From a virus (taxonomy: Duplodnaviria; Caudoviricetes): a DNA stretch of 45,317 nt. The notes below the pieces were generated by a model. The model saw only the letters and a program-made list of their open reading frames with translations, ran no database searches and was not told the DNA's origin. The position numbers were made by a program, and so were the translations under genes. The stretch spans positions 1 to 45,317 of IMG/VR virus record IMGVR_UViG_3300032332_001882; one strand, 5' to 3'. Of this stretch, positions 25,800 through 35,627 are shown in pieces (position 1 is the stretch's first letter; every line of letters starts with the position of its first letter).

Positions 25800-27422
25800 A
25801 TGACTGTATATGAAAATCTTTCAGAAGAAGAATGTTATCTATACTCAATTTTACAAGATGAGTCTGGACTTGATCTGGCTGAATTCTCATATCTTGATGA
25901 AACCCAAGACGACAACATATTTAGGGCATGGCCTGTTCAGTGGTTTTGGTGGAGATGTGAAGATCAAAAGCAGATAGATAGAGGCAGTCGTTCAGTTGGA
26001 AAATCTCTTTCAATCAAGTTTCGAGCTTTTGCTTTCCCATTTGTTTGCCCAGGTGAAGAAATGGTTATTACGGCACCAGAAGGAATCCACCTTGATGCCG
26101 TAACTGATAATATAGAAAGCCTTTACACGAATAATCGTCTAGCAAAAGAAATGATTGCCAAGGGACGTGGCGGCATTAAGCATCGTCCATTCATGGTTAA
26201 TTTTGTGAATGGTGGAAGGATTATTGGAAGAATTCCACAGCGTGATGGCAAGGGGCTGAAAGGCACTCACCCACTGTGGCTTGAGCAAGATGAGGCGTCC
26301 GACTTTCCGGAACAAGCTTGGGCGGAAATTATTGAGACCGTAAAGATCCAGAATCCAAAAGCACGCTGGCGAGCACATGGCGTAACAAGAGGCGTTGGTG
26401 GGGGGTTCGATGAGCGCTGTCAGCCAGATAGTGGCTGGAAGGTTCACGCACTACCAGCAATGTTTAGGCCAAATTGGACAAATGAAGAGCGTGAGCAGAA
26501 GGTGCAAGAGTATGGTGGTCACGCTGACTCAGTTGACTATAGGAGAAATATTCTAGGACTTCCTGGTGATCAGAATAGTCCTATTTTTGTTCTATATAGA
26601 TTAATGGCCGCTACCGATATTGACACCGGAAGCAACTACAATGAATTTGAGTACGTTTCTTTGGAAATTGACGAAGCAGCTGTTCGTGATTATGGATCGA
26701 TCATTCCGCTACTGGATCTTCCAGCAAATCATAGATCGTATAAGAAATTTTGGATTGGCATGGACCTTGGTTGGACAATAGCGCCAACATCAATTGTAAT
26801 TTTTGCTGAAGATAGTAAGACCAAAAAGGGAAAAAACTGTTTAAAGTTATTGGCTAGAATTCTTCTAAAGAAGATAACTGCATCAGATCAAGCTGCGGCA
26901 ATACTTCATTTATTAGATATTTATCGTCCAATGGCATTTGCCCTTGATTCAACTGGCGCTGGTCTTCCATTATTTGATTATGTACAAAAAGCTACTAGAG
27001 AAGATCCTAACTTAAAGTCACTAACTTCCCGTATAAAGGGTTATAACTTCTCTGAAAAAATAATAGCAGAATTTGATGACTCTATTAAGATTGATGAATT
27101 ATCTCCTGATGGATACAAAGAAGCTGCTATTTACAGAAATGTTCTTGAATGGAGTACCGACATTCTAAGGAGCATGGTTGATGAACAGACAATTATACTT
27201 CCGTATGATAAGTCAATCATCGCTGAGTTTCAGGGACAAACTTGGGCTTATTCGAAAGCAGCTATGGATTCTTATGGGAGAAAGCGTATCTTCAGTAACG
27301 GAAGCTTCCACACGCTGGATGCTTGCCGCATGGCAGCTCTTGCCTACCAGCAGCAAGTTATTAATGAATTTATTGAAAATAATAATAACTCCTGGAGTCC
27401 ACCTCCCATGCTCTTTCTCTGA
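25800..27422 (+). CDS. terL: Terminase large subunit
   Basis: Walker A GSRSVGKS, Walker B LEQDEA, nuclease IGMDLG, ALDSTGAG, HTLDACR. Confidence 0.9.
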   Translation: MTVYENLSEEECYLYSILQDESGLDLAEFSYLDETQDDNIFRAWPVQWFWWRCEDQKQIDRGSRSVGKSLSIKFRAFAFPFVCPGEEMVITAPEGIHLDAVTDNIESLYTNNRLAKEMIAKGRGGIKHRPFMVNFVNGGRIIGRIPQRDGKGLKGTHPLWLEQDEASDFPEQAWAEIIETVKIQNPKARWRAHGVTRGVGGGFDERCQPDSGWKVHALPAMFRPNWTNEEREQKVQEYGGHADSVDYRRNILGLPGDQNSPIFVLYRLMAATDIDTGSNYNEFEYVSLEIDEAAVRDYGSIIPLLDLPANHRSYKKFWIGMDLGWTIAPTSIVIFAEDSKTKKGKNCLKLLARILLKKITASDQAAAILHLLDIYRPMAFALDSTGAGLPLFDYVQKATREDPNLKSLTSRIKGYNFSEKIIAEFDDSIKIDELSPDGYKEAAIYRNVLEWSTDILRSMVDEQTIILPYDKSIIAEFQGQTWAYSKAAMDSYGRKRIFSNGSFHTLDACRMAALAYQQQVINEFIENNNNSWSPPPMLFL

Positions 27423-27753
27423 GATTCTGTGTTTTGACTGTGGGTCGCCATCTGGCAAAGTGCGCCAATCCAATAAATCGATAGGATTTATTGTCTGTGA
27501 TAAATGTTTCAATAATTGGACAATTTTTATACTTCCATCCATAAATGAAGAGTCCTACTCTGTTCATCTACTAAAACCATATCAATCCGTGATTATGAGT
27601 TCATGCACACTTCCCGATGCCGTAAAATGCACAATTGATTTTACTATGGCAAATGACGATAAAAGTTGGAGTAAAGATGGAAAAAAATTCTTCAGAAGAA
27701 GTTGTGAAGGGTTGGCGAGAGGAACTTTTAGGTTATTTAAGGGAAATGGCTGA
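27364..27753 (+). CDS. Hypothetical zinc-finger protein (start uncertain)
   Basis: CFDC...CDKC; fills the gap between terL and the next gene. Confidence 0.5.
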   Translation: MNLLKIIITPGVHLPCSFSEILCFDCGSPSGKVRQSNKSIGFIVCDKCFNNWTIFILPSINEESYSVHLLKPYQSVIMSSCTLPDAVKCTIDFTMANDDKSWSKDGKKFFRRSCEGLARGTFRLFKGNG

Positions 27754-27979
27754 TTTTTCGAATTTGAATGATTCATATATCATACTGAGAAAAATTTCGG
27801 GATTTTCAGCTAGAGCTACATATATGAATAACTTGATAGGTTCCTCTAAAAATAGACAGTTGACAGAGTTTAAATTTAACGAAATAGTTCCATTTCTTAA
27901 AGAGTCAGAGTTTCAGTTTAAGATTTGGTCAAGAGTTGCTTCTATCCATGCATCCGAGTGGGAAATGACGAAGGGATAA
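27677..27979 (+). CDS. Hypothetical helical protein
   Basis: GGAG RBS before ATG 27677; ends just before the portal. Confidence 0.7.
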   Translation: MEKNSSEEVVKGWREELLGYLREMADFSNLNDSYIILRKISGFSARATYMNNLIGSSKNRQLTEFKFNEIVPFLKESEFQFKIWSRVASIHASEWEMTKG

Positions 27980-27986
27980 TTTGAAA

Positions 27987-29612
27987 ATGGCTGAAGGTTC
28001 AGAACTGGAGTTTGATCCAGAATTTGGAGTCTCGTTTATCAATGAGACAGATGTTCCAATCTCAGACATTAAGAGCCAACTGGATTCAATGCCGGAAGTT
28101 GCAGCTCTTCGCCGCTGGTCAATGATGAACCAAGGGTCTTCTCGTCGTAGAACGATATTTGACCGCGACAGATACGTTAGTCCAGCCAATATCTTTGATA
28201 AGTTTCAAATTGCCATCTCTGCCGTTGAGAGCGATGATGCAGTTGCTAATGTCGTTGAAACAACTGAGCAACTTGCATTTAAAAGAATTGCTATTGAATG
28301 TCAAGATGAGGATGAGCAGAATATCTGGAATCAGATTGCTGACGAAATCGATCTTTCAGAAAGACTTCGTGAATGCTGGAGAGAGGTATTCACAATTTCA
28401 CAAGCTTATCCATCTGTCATGTACAAAAGAAAAACTTTTAAAGTTAAGGGTAAGGGAAGAAAAAGAGAATTCAAGGATCTAATAGTTCCGGTTGGAATTT
28501 CTTATCTTGATCCAATGAAGGTAATTCCTGTCGGAAACTTTATGTTTAACCAAGAGAGGCTTGTATATCTTGCCGATAGGCAGGAGGCGCAAGAGTTTGA
28601 CACTTTGGCTGGCTATAACACGTCTGATCTGATAGTCGATCAGCTGATTGAGTCAAAGTATGAACCTTGGAATAATGGTCCAAATAAAGAAGCTGGCAGA
28701 GACGAACTTCGTTACCTGATGGAGCTGACTGGTCAGTCAAATATCGAAAATCGCATGTATCTACTCAGGCCAGAAAATGTCTGGAGGATCACATCAACAA
28801 GGCCGCAGTATCAGCGTTTTGCCTCTGTCCGCATGGAATCGATCTTTGAGCTTCTCGATCTGAAGCATCTTCTGCGTGAAATGGATAGATCTTCAATATT
28901 GGGAAGCACCAATGCCATCATCCTTATCAAGAAAGGTGACAAGGATCATCCAGCAAGGCCGCAGGAACTTGAGCAGCTCAGTTCACAGGTTCAGATGACA
29001 TCCAGAGTCCCAATTATCGTTGGCGATCACAGACTTAATATTGAGATAATTACACCAAAAACCGACAAGACGCTTTCCCCAGAAAGATATAATGGAATTG
29101 ATTCTAGAATTACCGCTAGAATGTATCAGATACTTTCAACTGGTCATAATACGGCAGGTGCGTCTGGCGACGATTCAATGAAGCTGCTCAAGGTTATATC
29201 AGCCTCAATGGAGGCTAGAAGAGATCAGATTAGAGATTCCTTCATGAATAAGGTCTTCAAATCTGTTTGGATGAGAAATGATCAGCTTATGAGTGAGCCT
29301 AAGATGCAGTTCTATCCAAGAAGAATTGCTTTGGACTTCGATCCAAATATTGCGAACTTCATGCAGCAGCTAAGGGATCGTGGCGATATTTCTCGTGAAA
29401 CTATTCTTGCCGAGTTGGATATTCTTGAGGAAGATGAGGCCATTAAGCGTCAGCGTGAGGCAGAACAGTATGACGAGATCTTTTCTCCGGTTAATGTTCC
29501 GTTCTCTTCACCAAATCCTGTCAATCCCGCTAATCCAACTGGCAATGTTACGCCTAACGGGAGTGGTAGTACTGGTGGCACTAATCCGGATTCGTTTATC
29601 CCAAACTCTTGA
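27987..29612 (+). CDS. Portal protein
   Basis: ~540 aa, located between terminase and head genes, helical with a disordered P/N/G-rich C-terminus. Confidence 0.8.
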   Translation: MAEGSELEFDPEFGVSFINETDVPISDIKSQLDSMPEVAALRRWSMMNQGSSRRRTIFDRDRYVSPANIFDKFQIAISAVESDDAVANVVETTEQLAFKRIAIECQDEDEQNIWNQIADEIDLSERLRECWREVFTISQAYPSVMYKRKTFKVKGKGRKREFKDLIVPVGISYLDPMKVIPVGNFMFNQERLVYLADRQEAQEFDTLAGYNTSDLIVDQLIESKYEPWNNGPNKEAGRDELRYLMELTGQSNIENRMYLLRPENVWRITSTRPQYQRFASVRMESIFELLDLKHLLREMDRSSILGSTNAIILIKKGDKDHPARPQELEQLSSQVQMTSRVPIIVGDHRLNIEIITPKTDKTLSPERYNGIDSRITARMYQILSTGHNTAGASGDDSMKLLKVISASMEARRDQIRDSFMNKVFKSVWMRNDQLMSEPKMQFYPRRIALDFDPNIANFMQQLRDRGDISRETILAELDILEEDEAIKRQREAEQYDEIFSPVNVPFSSPNPVNPANPTGNVTPNGSGSTGGTNPDSFIPNS

Positions 29613-29656
29613 GTTGATTTTAGGATTATCTAGTCGTTTAGATCTTGGTGATAAAT

Positions 29657-30472
29657 ATGACTATTATTACGGAAAATTCTCATTCATTCTATCTAACATG
29701 CCCAGTTGAATTAGTTAATGTTGACAGAGACATGGCTGCTCATTGGGCGTCTAAATACATGAACTATAATCCAGCATTTAAATGGATTGTTGGAAAATAT
29801 GTTGAGGCTGACAACGCTAACTCTAATGGGCAGTTTTGGTCCTTAGATGATTTGAAAATGTCAAAACCAAGCATCGAATATGCTCCCATGAATATGGGTC
29901 ATCGGCAGAATCATATTGTCGGAACTTATGTGGCATCAGAAATGATGTATCCATCCGATGACGTTGGAAATGCATACATAGAAACAGCATCAGTATTTTG
30001 GAAGTATTATTTTCCGGAAGAGCTGGCAATGGTTGAAAAGGCTTATGATATTGGCGCTCTTCATCAGAGTATGGAATGTATCGCTGAATCAGTGACATGC
30101 GCTGGTCCAATGGGATGTGGCGAGACATTTAAGTACGCCGGCCCGATGTCAGCAGAATACTGTGATCATATTAAGTCAAGAGAGTCTTATCGACAGCTAA
30201 ATAATCCACATTTCTTAGCTGGCGGTCTAATTCTTCCACCAGATAGACCAGGTTGGAAAAATGCGTCAATTGATGAGTTAGCAATTTCCGAAACCGAACT
30301 TGAAAGAGTTTATGATCAGATATCACAAAACTCTCCGCAGCTATCAAATGAACAGTGGGAATCATTGATGTTTGAAATCCTTCATTTTACAATGAAAGAT
30401 GATGTAGATTCAGCGCCGTCAGCAAAACATCTTGCAACAAAAGCTGTTCTAAATATTAAGAATACATTGTAA
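29657..30472 (+). CDS. Probable capsid maturation (prohead) protease
   Basis: Position; NANSNGQFW, PMNMGH..IVG, QSMEC (His/Ser protease-like), FLAGGLILPP. Confidence 0.65.
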   Translation: MTIITENSHSFYLTCPVELVNVDRDMAAHWASKYMNYNPAFKWIVGKYVEADNANSNGQFWSLDDLKMSKPSIEYAPMNMGHRQNHIVGTYVASEMMYPSDDVGNAYIETASVFWKYYFPEELAMVEKAYDIGALHQSMECIAESVTCAGPMGCGETFKYAGPMSAEYCDHIKSRESYRQLNNPHFLAGGLILPPDRPGWKNASIDELAISETELERVYDQISQNSPQLSNEQWESLMFEILHFTMKDDVDSAPSAKHLATKAVLNIKNTL

Positions 30473-30529
30473 TTATTTTAATTGTCTTTTATATAGACGT
30501 TATTCTTGGCAGGCGTTGAAAGGTTTAAT

Positions 30530-31246
30530 ATGATTCTTCAAGAGTTCCATGATCTATTGTTAGAACAGAAACCTGAAAGCGCTGATCACGATGCAGAAAA
30601 TTGTCCTTTCTGCAACGAGAATGTAAGTGAAATTTCTAACAACGATTACTCCATTGGAGGGGGTGACATGAAGACTTATACCGAAGATGAGTTTACTGCT
30701 GCTATAACAGAGGCTGTTGCCCCTCTTCAGGCCGCGGCTGACGCCAAGGCCGCAGAGCTACAGGCTGAGATTGACGAGCTTCGTACTTCTCAGGCTCGTA
30801 GCGAAGTGGAGGGTCAGATTGCCGAATTACAGGCAGACCTAGATAAGGCTGAAATCCGTGTTGCTGAGGCCGAGCGTAAGTACGATGAACTCGCTGCTTA
30901 CCTTGAGGCTGAGGCTGCTGCTGCCGAGCAGGCTGCATTGGTTGAGGCACGTAGAGCAGAGCGTCGTGAGGCAGTTAAATCCGCCGCACCGTTCGCAGAT
31001 GATTACATTGATGCCAACCTTGATCGCTGGGTAGCGATGGAGGACGAGGCATTTGATGCAGTTATTGAAGACTGGAAGGCTGTTACTGCAACTGCTCGTC
31101 AGAGCGATGAGGTTGTGGAAGAGGCTTCAGAGGTCATTCCTGAAACTGCAATGTCCAATGTCCGCAATGAAGACCACAGCGCTGGCTCACTAGCATCAAC
31201 CGTGTTTGCTGCTCGTAGTCATGGCGTTGACGTTCGTTACCTGTGA
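30530..31246 (+). CDS. Scaffolding protein (possible second in-frame start at 30668)
   Basis: Long Ala/Glu coiled coil between protease and capsid genes. Confidence 0.75.
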   Translation: MILQEFHDLLLEQKPESADHDAENCPFCNENVSEISNNDYSIGGGDMKTYTEDEFTAAITEAVAPLQAAADAKAAELQAEIDELRTSQARSEVEGQIAELQADLDKAEIRVAEAERKYDELAAYLEAEAAAAEQAALVEARRAERREAVKSAAPFADDYIDANLDRWVAMEDEAFDAVIEDWKAVTATARQSDEVVEEASEVIPETAMSNVRNEDHSAGSLASTVFAARSHGVDVRYL

Positions 31247-31266
31247 TCTGAAAGGAGGGAATAACA

Positions 31267-31830
31267 ATGTCATATGGTCGTAACTTTTCATTCCGTTCCG
31301 CCCCCAAGGGTGGAAACCGAGCAGGCCGCTATTACCTAGATGGTTCAACCGATCTTCCCATCGGTGCTCCAGTTGTTCTTAGTGGTGAGGAAGATTCCTC
31401 AACTGGTCGTCTTGGCGTTACTCTTGCTACTGGTGCTCAGGCTAAGCCTGTTCCCGGCAAGGGCGGTATCTTGGTTTATGAGCACATTCAGCCCATCGGT
31501 CAGGATCCCTACTCAACAACTTATTCAGACTTCGATACAGTCCCCGCAGGCGAGGCTGTTCAGGTCGTAAACGGTTATGATGTCAAGGTTGCTTTCAAGA
31601 ACACAACCGCAACCAGCTTCCTTACCCGTTCAAATTATCCAACAGCCCGAGTAATGGTCGCTGGCCTTGGTGCCACTCCGACTGTTGCAGTTGGCGATCT
31701 CCTTACCCCAGGCACCGGCAATGGTTCCGCTGGCTACTGGGCAGAGACCGCTACCGCTGCTAACGGCTGGCTAGTAGTAACTGCTGTCAATGCTTCAACC
31801 GGCGAGGTTGAAGCCCGAGTGAACTTCTGA
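31267..31830 (+). CDS. Head decoration/cement protein
   Basis: Gly/Ala/Thr beta-rich 187-aa protein just upstream of the MCP; strong AGGAGG RBS. Confidence 0.65.
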   Translation: MSYGRNFSFRSAPKGGNRAGRYYLDGSTDLPIGAPVVLSGEEDSSTGRLGVTLATGAQAKPVPGKGGILVYEHIQPIGQDPYSTTYSDFDTVPAGEAVQVVNGYDVKVAFKNTTATSFLTRSNYPTARVMVAGLGATPTVAVGDLLTPGTGNGSAGYWAETATAANGWLVVTAVNASTGEVEARVNF

Positions 31831-31844
31831 AAGGGGGGTTAACA

Positions 31845-32795
31845 ATGTCTAGCATCAAACTTTTTGGTAAAGAATCAAATCCAGAACTTGACGCTCTCCG
31901 CGAGAAGGTCGCTCTTCTCAACGAAGAGGCACGTCTACATTTCGATGATCCTCAGTGGCGTCGTGAGCGTGCTCAGGAAATGACTGAGACCATCTATCTT
32001 GGTTTCCAGCATGAGAATCTTCTGTCGCTTATGGCTCAGGTCGAAAACCTGCCATTCGATGGTCGTTCATTCGTGAAGGAAGTTAAGGGTCTTAAGGCTT
32101 TCTGGGTCGCCCGTGGTGGTCATATTGAGGCATCAACCCTAAACGCAGACGTAATGGAGATTACCCGTGATACGGTTGGTTTCCATGTGACTGAGTTTGA
32201 AGAGAAGATGGAGACCAACTTCGCTGAGACTTCAGCAACTCTGGTTGATCTCGCAATCCAGCGCATGGATGCCGCTGTTAACCAGCGTGTCTTCGGCCTC
32301 TTCCAGGCTGCAATTCCTTCTGGAAGCCCATACTACGTCTCAGGTACAAGCGTGAGCCTTGCTGCTCTTAATAGCGCTCTTACCTCTGTGCGTGACGCTT
32401 CTCGCACTCGTAACGTGACCATTGTTGGTCGCCCAACGATGACCGAGCAGATCATGGATGAGCTTCTTGGCTCAAGCTACAATGGTTCAGGTTTCCTTCC
32501 TGCTTCCAATGAGGAAATGGTTCAGCGTGGTCTTCTTGGCACCTACCGTGGTGCTAACATCATCTCCCTGACTAACTACCTTGATGAGAACGACGAGCCG
32601 TTCGTCCCCGGTAACGAGATGTTCGTTATCGCTGACGATGCTTCCAAGTTCGCCTTCTGGGGTGGTATGAAGTCCAAGGAGTACATGGAGGACGACAACT
32701 GGTACTGGCACTACATTGGCAAGAAGGACTTCGGTGGTGTTGTTCACCGTCCGGAGCGTGTCCGTCGTATCGTGGACACCAGCCTTTCTGCTTGA
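31845..32795 (+). CDS. Major capsid protein (HK97 fold expected)
   Basis: Position, 316 aa, strongly biased codon usage, followed by a strong hairpin. Confidence 0.85.
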   Translation: MSSIKLFGKESNPELDALREKVALLNEEARLHFDDPQWRRERAQEMTETIYLGFQHENLLSLMAQVENLPFDGRSFVKEVKGLKAFWVARGGHIEASTLNADVMEITRDTVGFHVTEFEEKMETNFAETSATLVDLAIQRMDAAVNQRVFGLFQAAIPSGSPYYVSGTSVSLAALNSALTSVRDASRTRNVTIVGRPTMTEQIMDELLGSSYNGSGFLPASNEEMVQRGLLGTYRGANIISLTNYLDENDEPFVPGNEMFVIADDASKFAFWGGMKSKEYMEDDNWYWHYIGKKDFGGVVHRPERVRRIVDTSLSA

Positions 32796-32822
32796 TAGTA
32801 GTCAAAATCTGGTTATCGGGTT

Positions 32823-32850
32823 GGGAGGGCTTCGGCCCTCCCTTCCTGTG
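32823..32850 (+). terminator. Intrinsic terminator after the MCP
   Basis: GGGAGGGC-TTCG-GCCCTCCC followed by a T-rich tail. Confidence 0.85.
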
Positions 32851-32903
32851 TTTATAGGTGTTTTTTAGGAGCAATAATATATTTGGAACTTAGGAGGTTC
32901 ATC

Positions 32904-33389
32904 ATGGCAGAGTTAGATAAGGAAACTTGGGAAAATATTGGTAAGGGCGATGTGTTTGTTCTCACTTTCGATCACACGGGTCGTTTGAAGTCGGTTCCGG
33001 TTCGTGCTGGTGGCAAGATCACTATGTCTATTGAAGAGCGTCAGCTTAATCAGGAGCGCGCTTTTAGTTCGGATGTTGATATGTTTAGTAATGGTAGACT
33101 TTCACCAATTCGTCTAGTTGATACAGCTGATGATTACGAAAAGATTGCCAACAATCCAAACCATATCTCCGAGAGTGATATGAATGATATTCTCAAGCTC
33201 AAGGGTAAGGCTTTCAGTGAGCGGATTAACGAGATTACCAATGCTGTTGCTCTTGAGAGAATGTTTGAACTAGCAAGCGATGAGACCGCAAATGTGTCGA
33301 TGACACAGTTCCGTTCACTTGAAAAGAGACTTGCTGAAGTCCGAGGTGACGTTGCTGAAGTCGCAGAGGTTGAGACGGTAACTCCCTAA
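32904..33389 (+). CDS. Hypothetical protein (head module)
   Basis: AGGAGG RBS before ATG 32904. Confidence 0.75.
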   Translation: MAELDKETWENIGKGDVFVLTFDHTGRLKSVPVRAGGKITMSIEERQLNQERAFSSDVDMFSNGRLSPIRLVDTADDYEKIANNPNHISESDMNDILKLKGKAFSERINEITNAVALERMFELASDETANVSMTQFRSLEKRLAEVRGDVAEVAEVETVTP

Positions 33390-33413
33390 ATTTTCATTGT
33401 ATTTTGACGTTGA
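33387..33413 (+). promoter_or_regulatory. Sigma28/WhiG-like promoter (best example of the recurring motif)
   Basis: TAAA-N15-GACGTTGA versus the established FliA consensus TAAA-N15-GCCGATAA. Confidence 0.55.
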
Positions 33414-33441
33414 TCAAATATCAATCTAGGGAGGTTCACTC

Positions 33442-33939
33442 ATGGCGTCAGTGGATTTAAGCGAACTCATTGGCGATCTAGAGGGGGCTGTAACCGTACC
33501 TGGAGCAACATCTCCGTTTGCTACGTCATCTGAGACTGAGTGGCTTACAAGGCTAAGAAACGCTTTCTGGAGCGCTTACAATGATGGGGTCATCATGGGT
33601 TACACCTGTGATGAAGATGGCGTTGTTAGTCCCATAAACGGCGACTCAACATTCACCAGGGATATGCAGCAAATTGTTATCATGTATGCTGCAATAAATA
33701 TCTACCAGAATCAGATGATGCAACTTAAGACTCTCTTCAGGGCTAAGGCTGGTCAGGTTGAATATGAAACACAGCAGTCTGCCCAAGTGATGAAATCACT
33801 TCTTGACTCTCTTTTGGCACAAAGAGCAACAATTCTTCAGCGTCTGTCTGATGGTGGGTTTACTGATTCATATTATATTGATGCTGTAAGAAGCAGAGAT
33901 GAGTCTTTGAGGTATAACTTTATTGATTGGAATGGCTGA
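33442..33939 (+). CDS. Head-tail adaptor-like protein
   Basis: Position after the MCP; helical; KAGQVEYE motif. Confidence 0.6.
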   Translation: MASVDLSELIGDLEGAVTVPGATSPFATSSETEWLTRLRNAFWSAYNDGVIMGYTCDEDGVVSPINGDSTFTRDMQQIVIMYAAINIYQNQMMQLKTLFRAKAGQVEYETQQSAQVMKSLLDSLLAQRATILQRLSDGGFTDSYYIDAVRSRDESLRYNFIDWNG

Positions 33940-34394
33940 TGGCTAAGGTAACAGATCCAAATTTTGGACAGGGTTTCGATGCCGCACTATTTCGTTCAGC
34001 CATTACTTCAGCGATGGAGATGGGACTTCCTGAGGCGGTAAACGAACGCGTGACGTTCTACTGGACTCCAGAGAAATCTTTTGCGGTTACAGATCCAGAA
34101 GGAAATCCCTATGATCTTTCTGGAGTTCCCCAAACTGAGACCACCAAAGATCCTGTCCAGATTCCCTGTGCAGTAAATTTCTCATCATCGCAACCCGATG
34201 GAACAGCTATTGGCGACTTTGATGAGAATAGGGTAACGCTAACTGTTTTAGATATTCATTTTGAACAGGTTCGTGGGGCAGATAAAGTTATCATTGATGA
34301 TGATACATTTACCATAGATTATACTGGTGTTCCCACTGGATTATTTGATGTTACCGTATATACAATTTATCTAGTATCGGTGGACAAGACATGA
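33939..34394 (+). CDS. Head closure/stopper-like protein
   Basis: Position, beta-rich, TGATG coupling. Confidence 0.55.
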   Translation: MAKVTDPNFGQGFDAALFRSAITSAMEMGLPEAVNERVTFYWTPEKSFAVTDPEGNPYDLSGVPQTETTKDPVQIPCAVNFSSSQPDGTAIGDFDENRVTLTVLDIHFEQVRGADKVIIDDDTFTIDYTGVPTGLFDVTVYTIYLVSVDKT

Positions 34395-34921
34395 GTTATA
34401 TTGGTGGCGTTAGAAATAGATTGGTTAGAGATAACTTTAGAAGAATGATTGAGGAAGCTCTTTCAGAGTTAGGTTGGTTTAATCTAAACAGAAACCATCT
34501 TCCGGTAACTGTTAAGTCTGGCCCATTTGACACATCTGAAGAAATCCTACCAAATGTTGTTGGAGTATCAATTGAAGATATTCAATCTGAAGAACTTGAG
34601 CTAGGATCTAACCTAGAAGAGACAAGACATTTTGCATATGTAGATATCTTCGCTGAAGATGATCCTATTGGAACCCAGTTGTCTGGTGATATTTTTGATA
34701 TAATTAGAGGAAAGTTTTCATCCTTAAGAGATTCCGGAATTGCTGATGGCAGGCTAAATGTCCTAGATCTATCGGACGCAACACCTTCAACAATTTTTTA
34801 CTGCAATTTAGAGTTTCCTGAAATTAATAGAAATAGAAACTGGAATCAGAAATACAATAAGTTCTGGTGGATCATTGCCGTTGAGATTGTTGATGCATAT
34901 ATGGATGATGAGGATGAGTAA
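34391..34921 (+). CDS. Tail terminator-like protein
   Basis: Position; YVDIFAED..QLSGDIFDII pattern. Confidence 0.5.
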   Translation: MSYIGGVRNRLVRDNFRRMIEEALSELGWFNLNRNHLPVTVKSGPFDTSEEILPNVVGVSIEDIQSEELELGSNLEETRHFAYVDIFAEDDPIGTQLSGDIFDIIRGKFSSLRDSGIADGRLNVLDLSDATPSTIFYCNLEFPEINRNRNWNQKYNKFWWIIAVEIVDAYMDDEDE

Positions 34922-35265
34922 TGGCAACCATATTCAATACTCTACATAAGCCAAACGGTCAACCAATAAGAGATGCCCTAGTTTCCGTAACCCTATCTTG
35001 GGACACATCTTTAGATGTATTTGTAAAAAACGCTGATAATGAAGTTGTCGTTGATAATACTGCTCAAATAAAGACTGATGTTGATGGTTATTGGGAGATG
35101 GAAGTAATTCCAAACGACTCATTGACTCCAACTTGTTTTTATAAAGTTACTGAAACAATTGATTCAACTAATAGTAACACATACTATATTGAAGTGAATG
35201 ATCAAGCAACTCCGATATTTTGGATTGGGGATCTCATAGTCGCTACCCCAGCTTGGGAGGCATGA
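34921..35265 (+). CDS. Virion beta-sandwich protein (possible fibre anchor)
   Basis: TDVDGYWEMEVIPND..YKVTE resembles N-terminal fibre-attachment domains. Confidence 0.5.
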   Translation: MATIFNTLHKPNGQPIRDALVSVTLSWDTSLDVFVKNADNEVVVDNTAQIKTDVDGYWEMEVIPNDSLTPTCFYKVTETIDSTNSNTYYIEVNDQATPIFWIGDLIVATPAWEA

Positions 35266-35627
35266 TGAATATTGATCCGATTAAATACACCTTAACTTGT
35301 TGGCAAGGTAAAACTTTTGAGAAAATCTTTTATTTCAAAGATGCTCAAGATAATATCATAGACTTAAGCGGCTATACAGCCCGTATGCACGTTCGTCCAT
35401 CTGTGGATTCCGACACGATCACGATTGAGTTAACAACGGAAAATGATCGTATCGTGGTCAATGGTGAAGATGGTTCAGTAACTCTCTACATCGCTGATGA
35501 AGATTCTGAGGACGTTGCCGCAGCTACTTATAAATATGATTTAGAGATCATCTCTGGGAGCGGACGTGTTTATTGCCCAATTTACGGTTCTTTCAAGGTC
35601 AAAGCCGAGGTAACTAGAAGTGCCTAG
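35262..35627 (+). CDS. Virion beta-sandwich protein (fibre adaptor/BppU-like)
   Basis: [36 protein letters not shown]. Confidence 0.65.
   Translation: MMNIDPIKYTLTCWQGKTFEKIFYFKDAQDNIIDLSGYTARMHVRPSVDSDTITIELTTENDRIVVNGEDGSVTLYIADEDSEDVAAATYKYDLEIISGSGRVYCPIYGSFKVKAEVTRSA

Noticed and set aside
16450-27422. Inteins or introns in nrdJ and terL
   Set aside because: Both ORFs are continuous, of normal length, and lack intein splice motifs or homing endonuclease domains.
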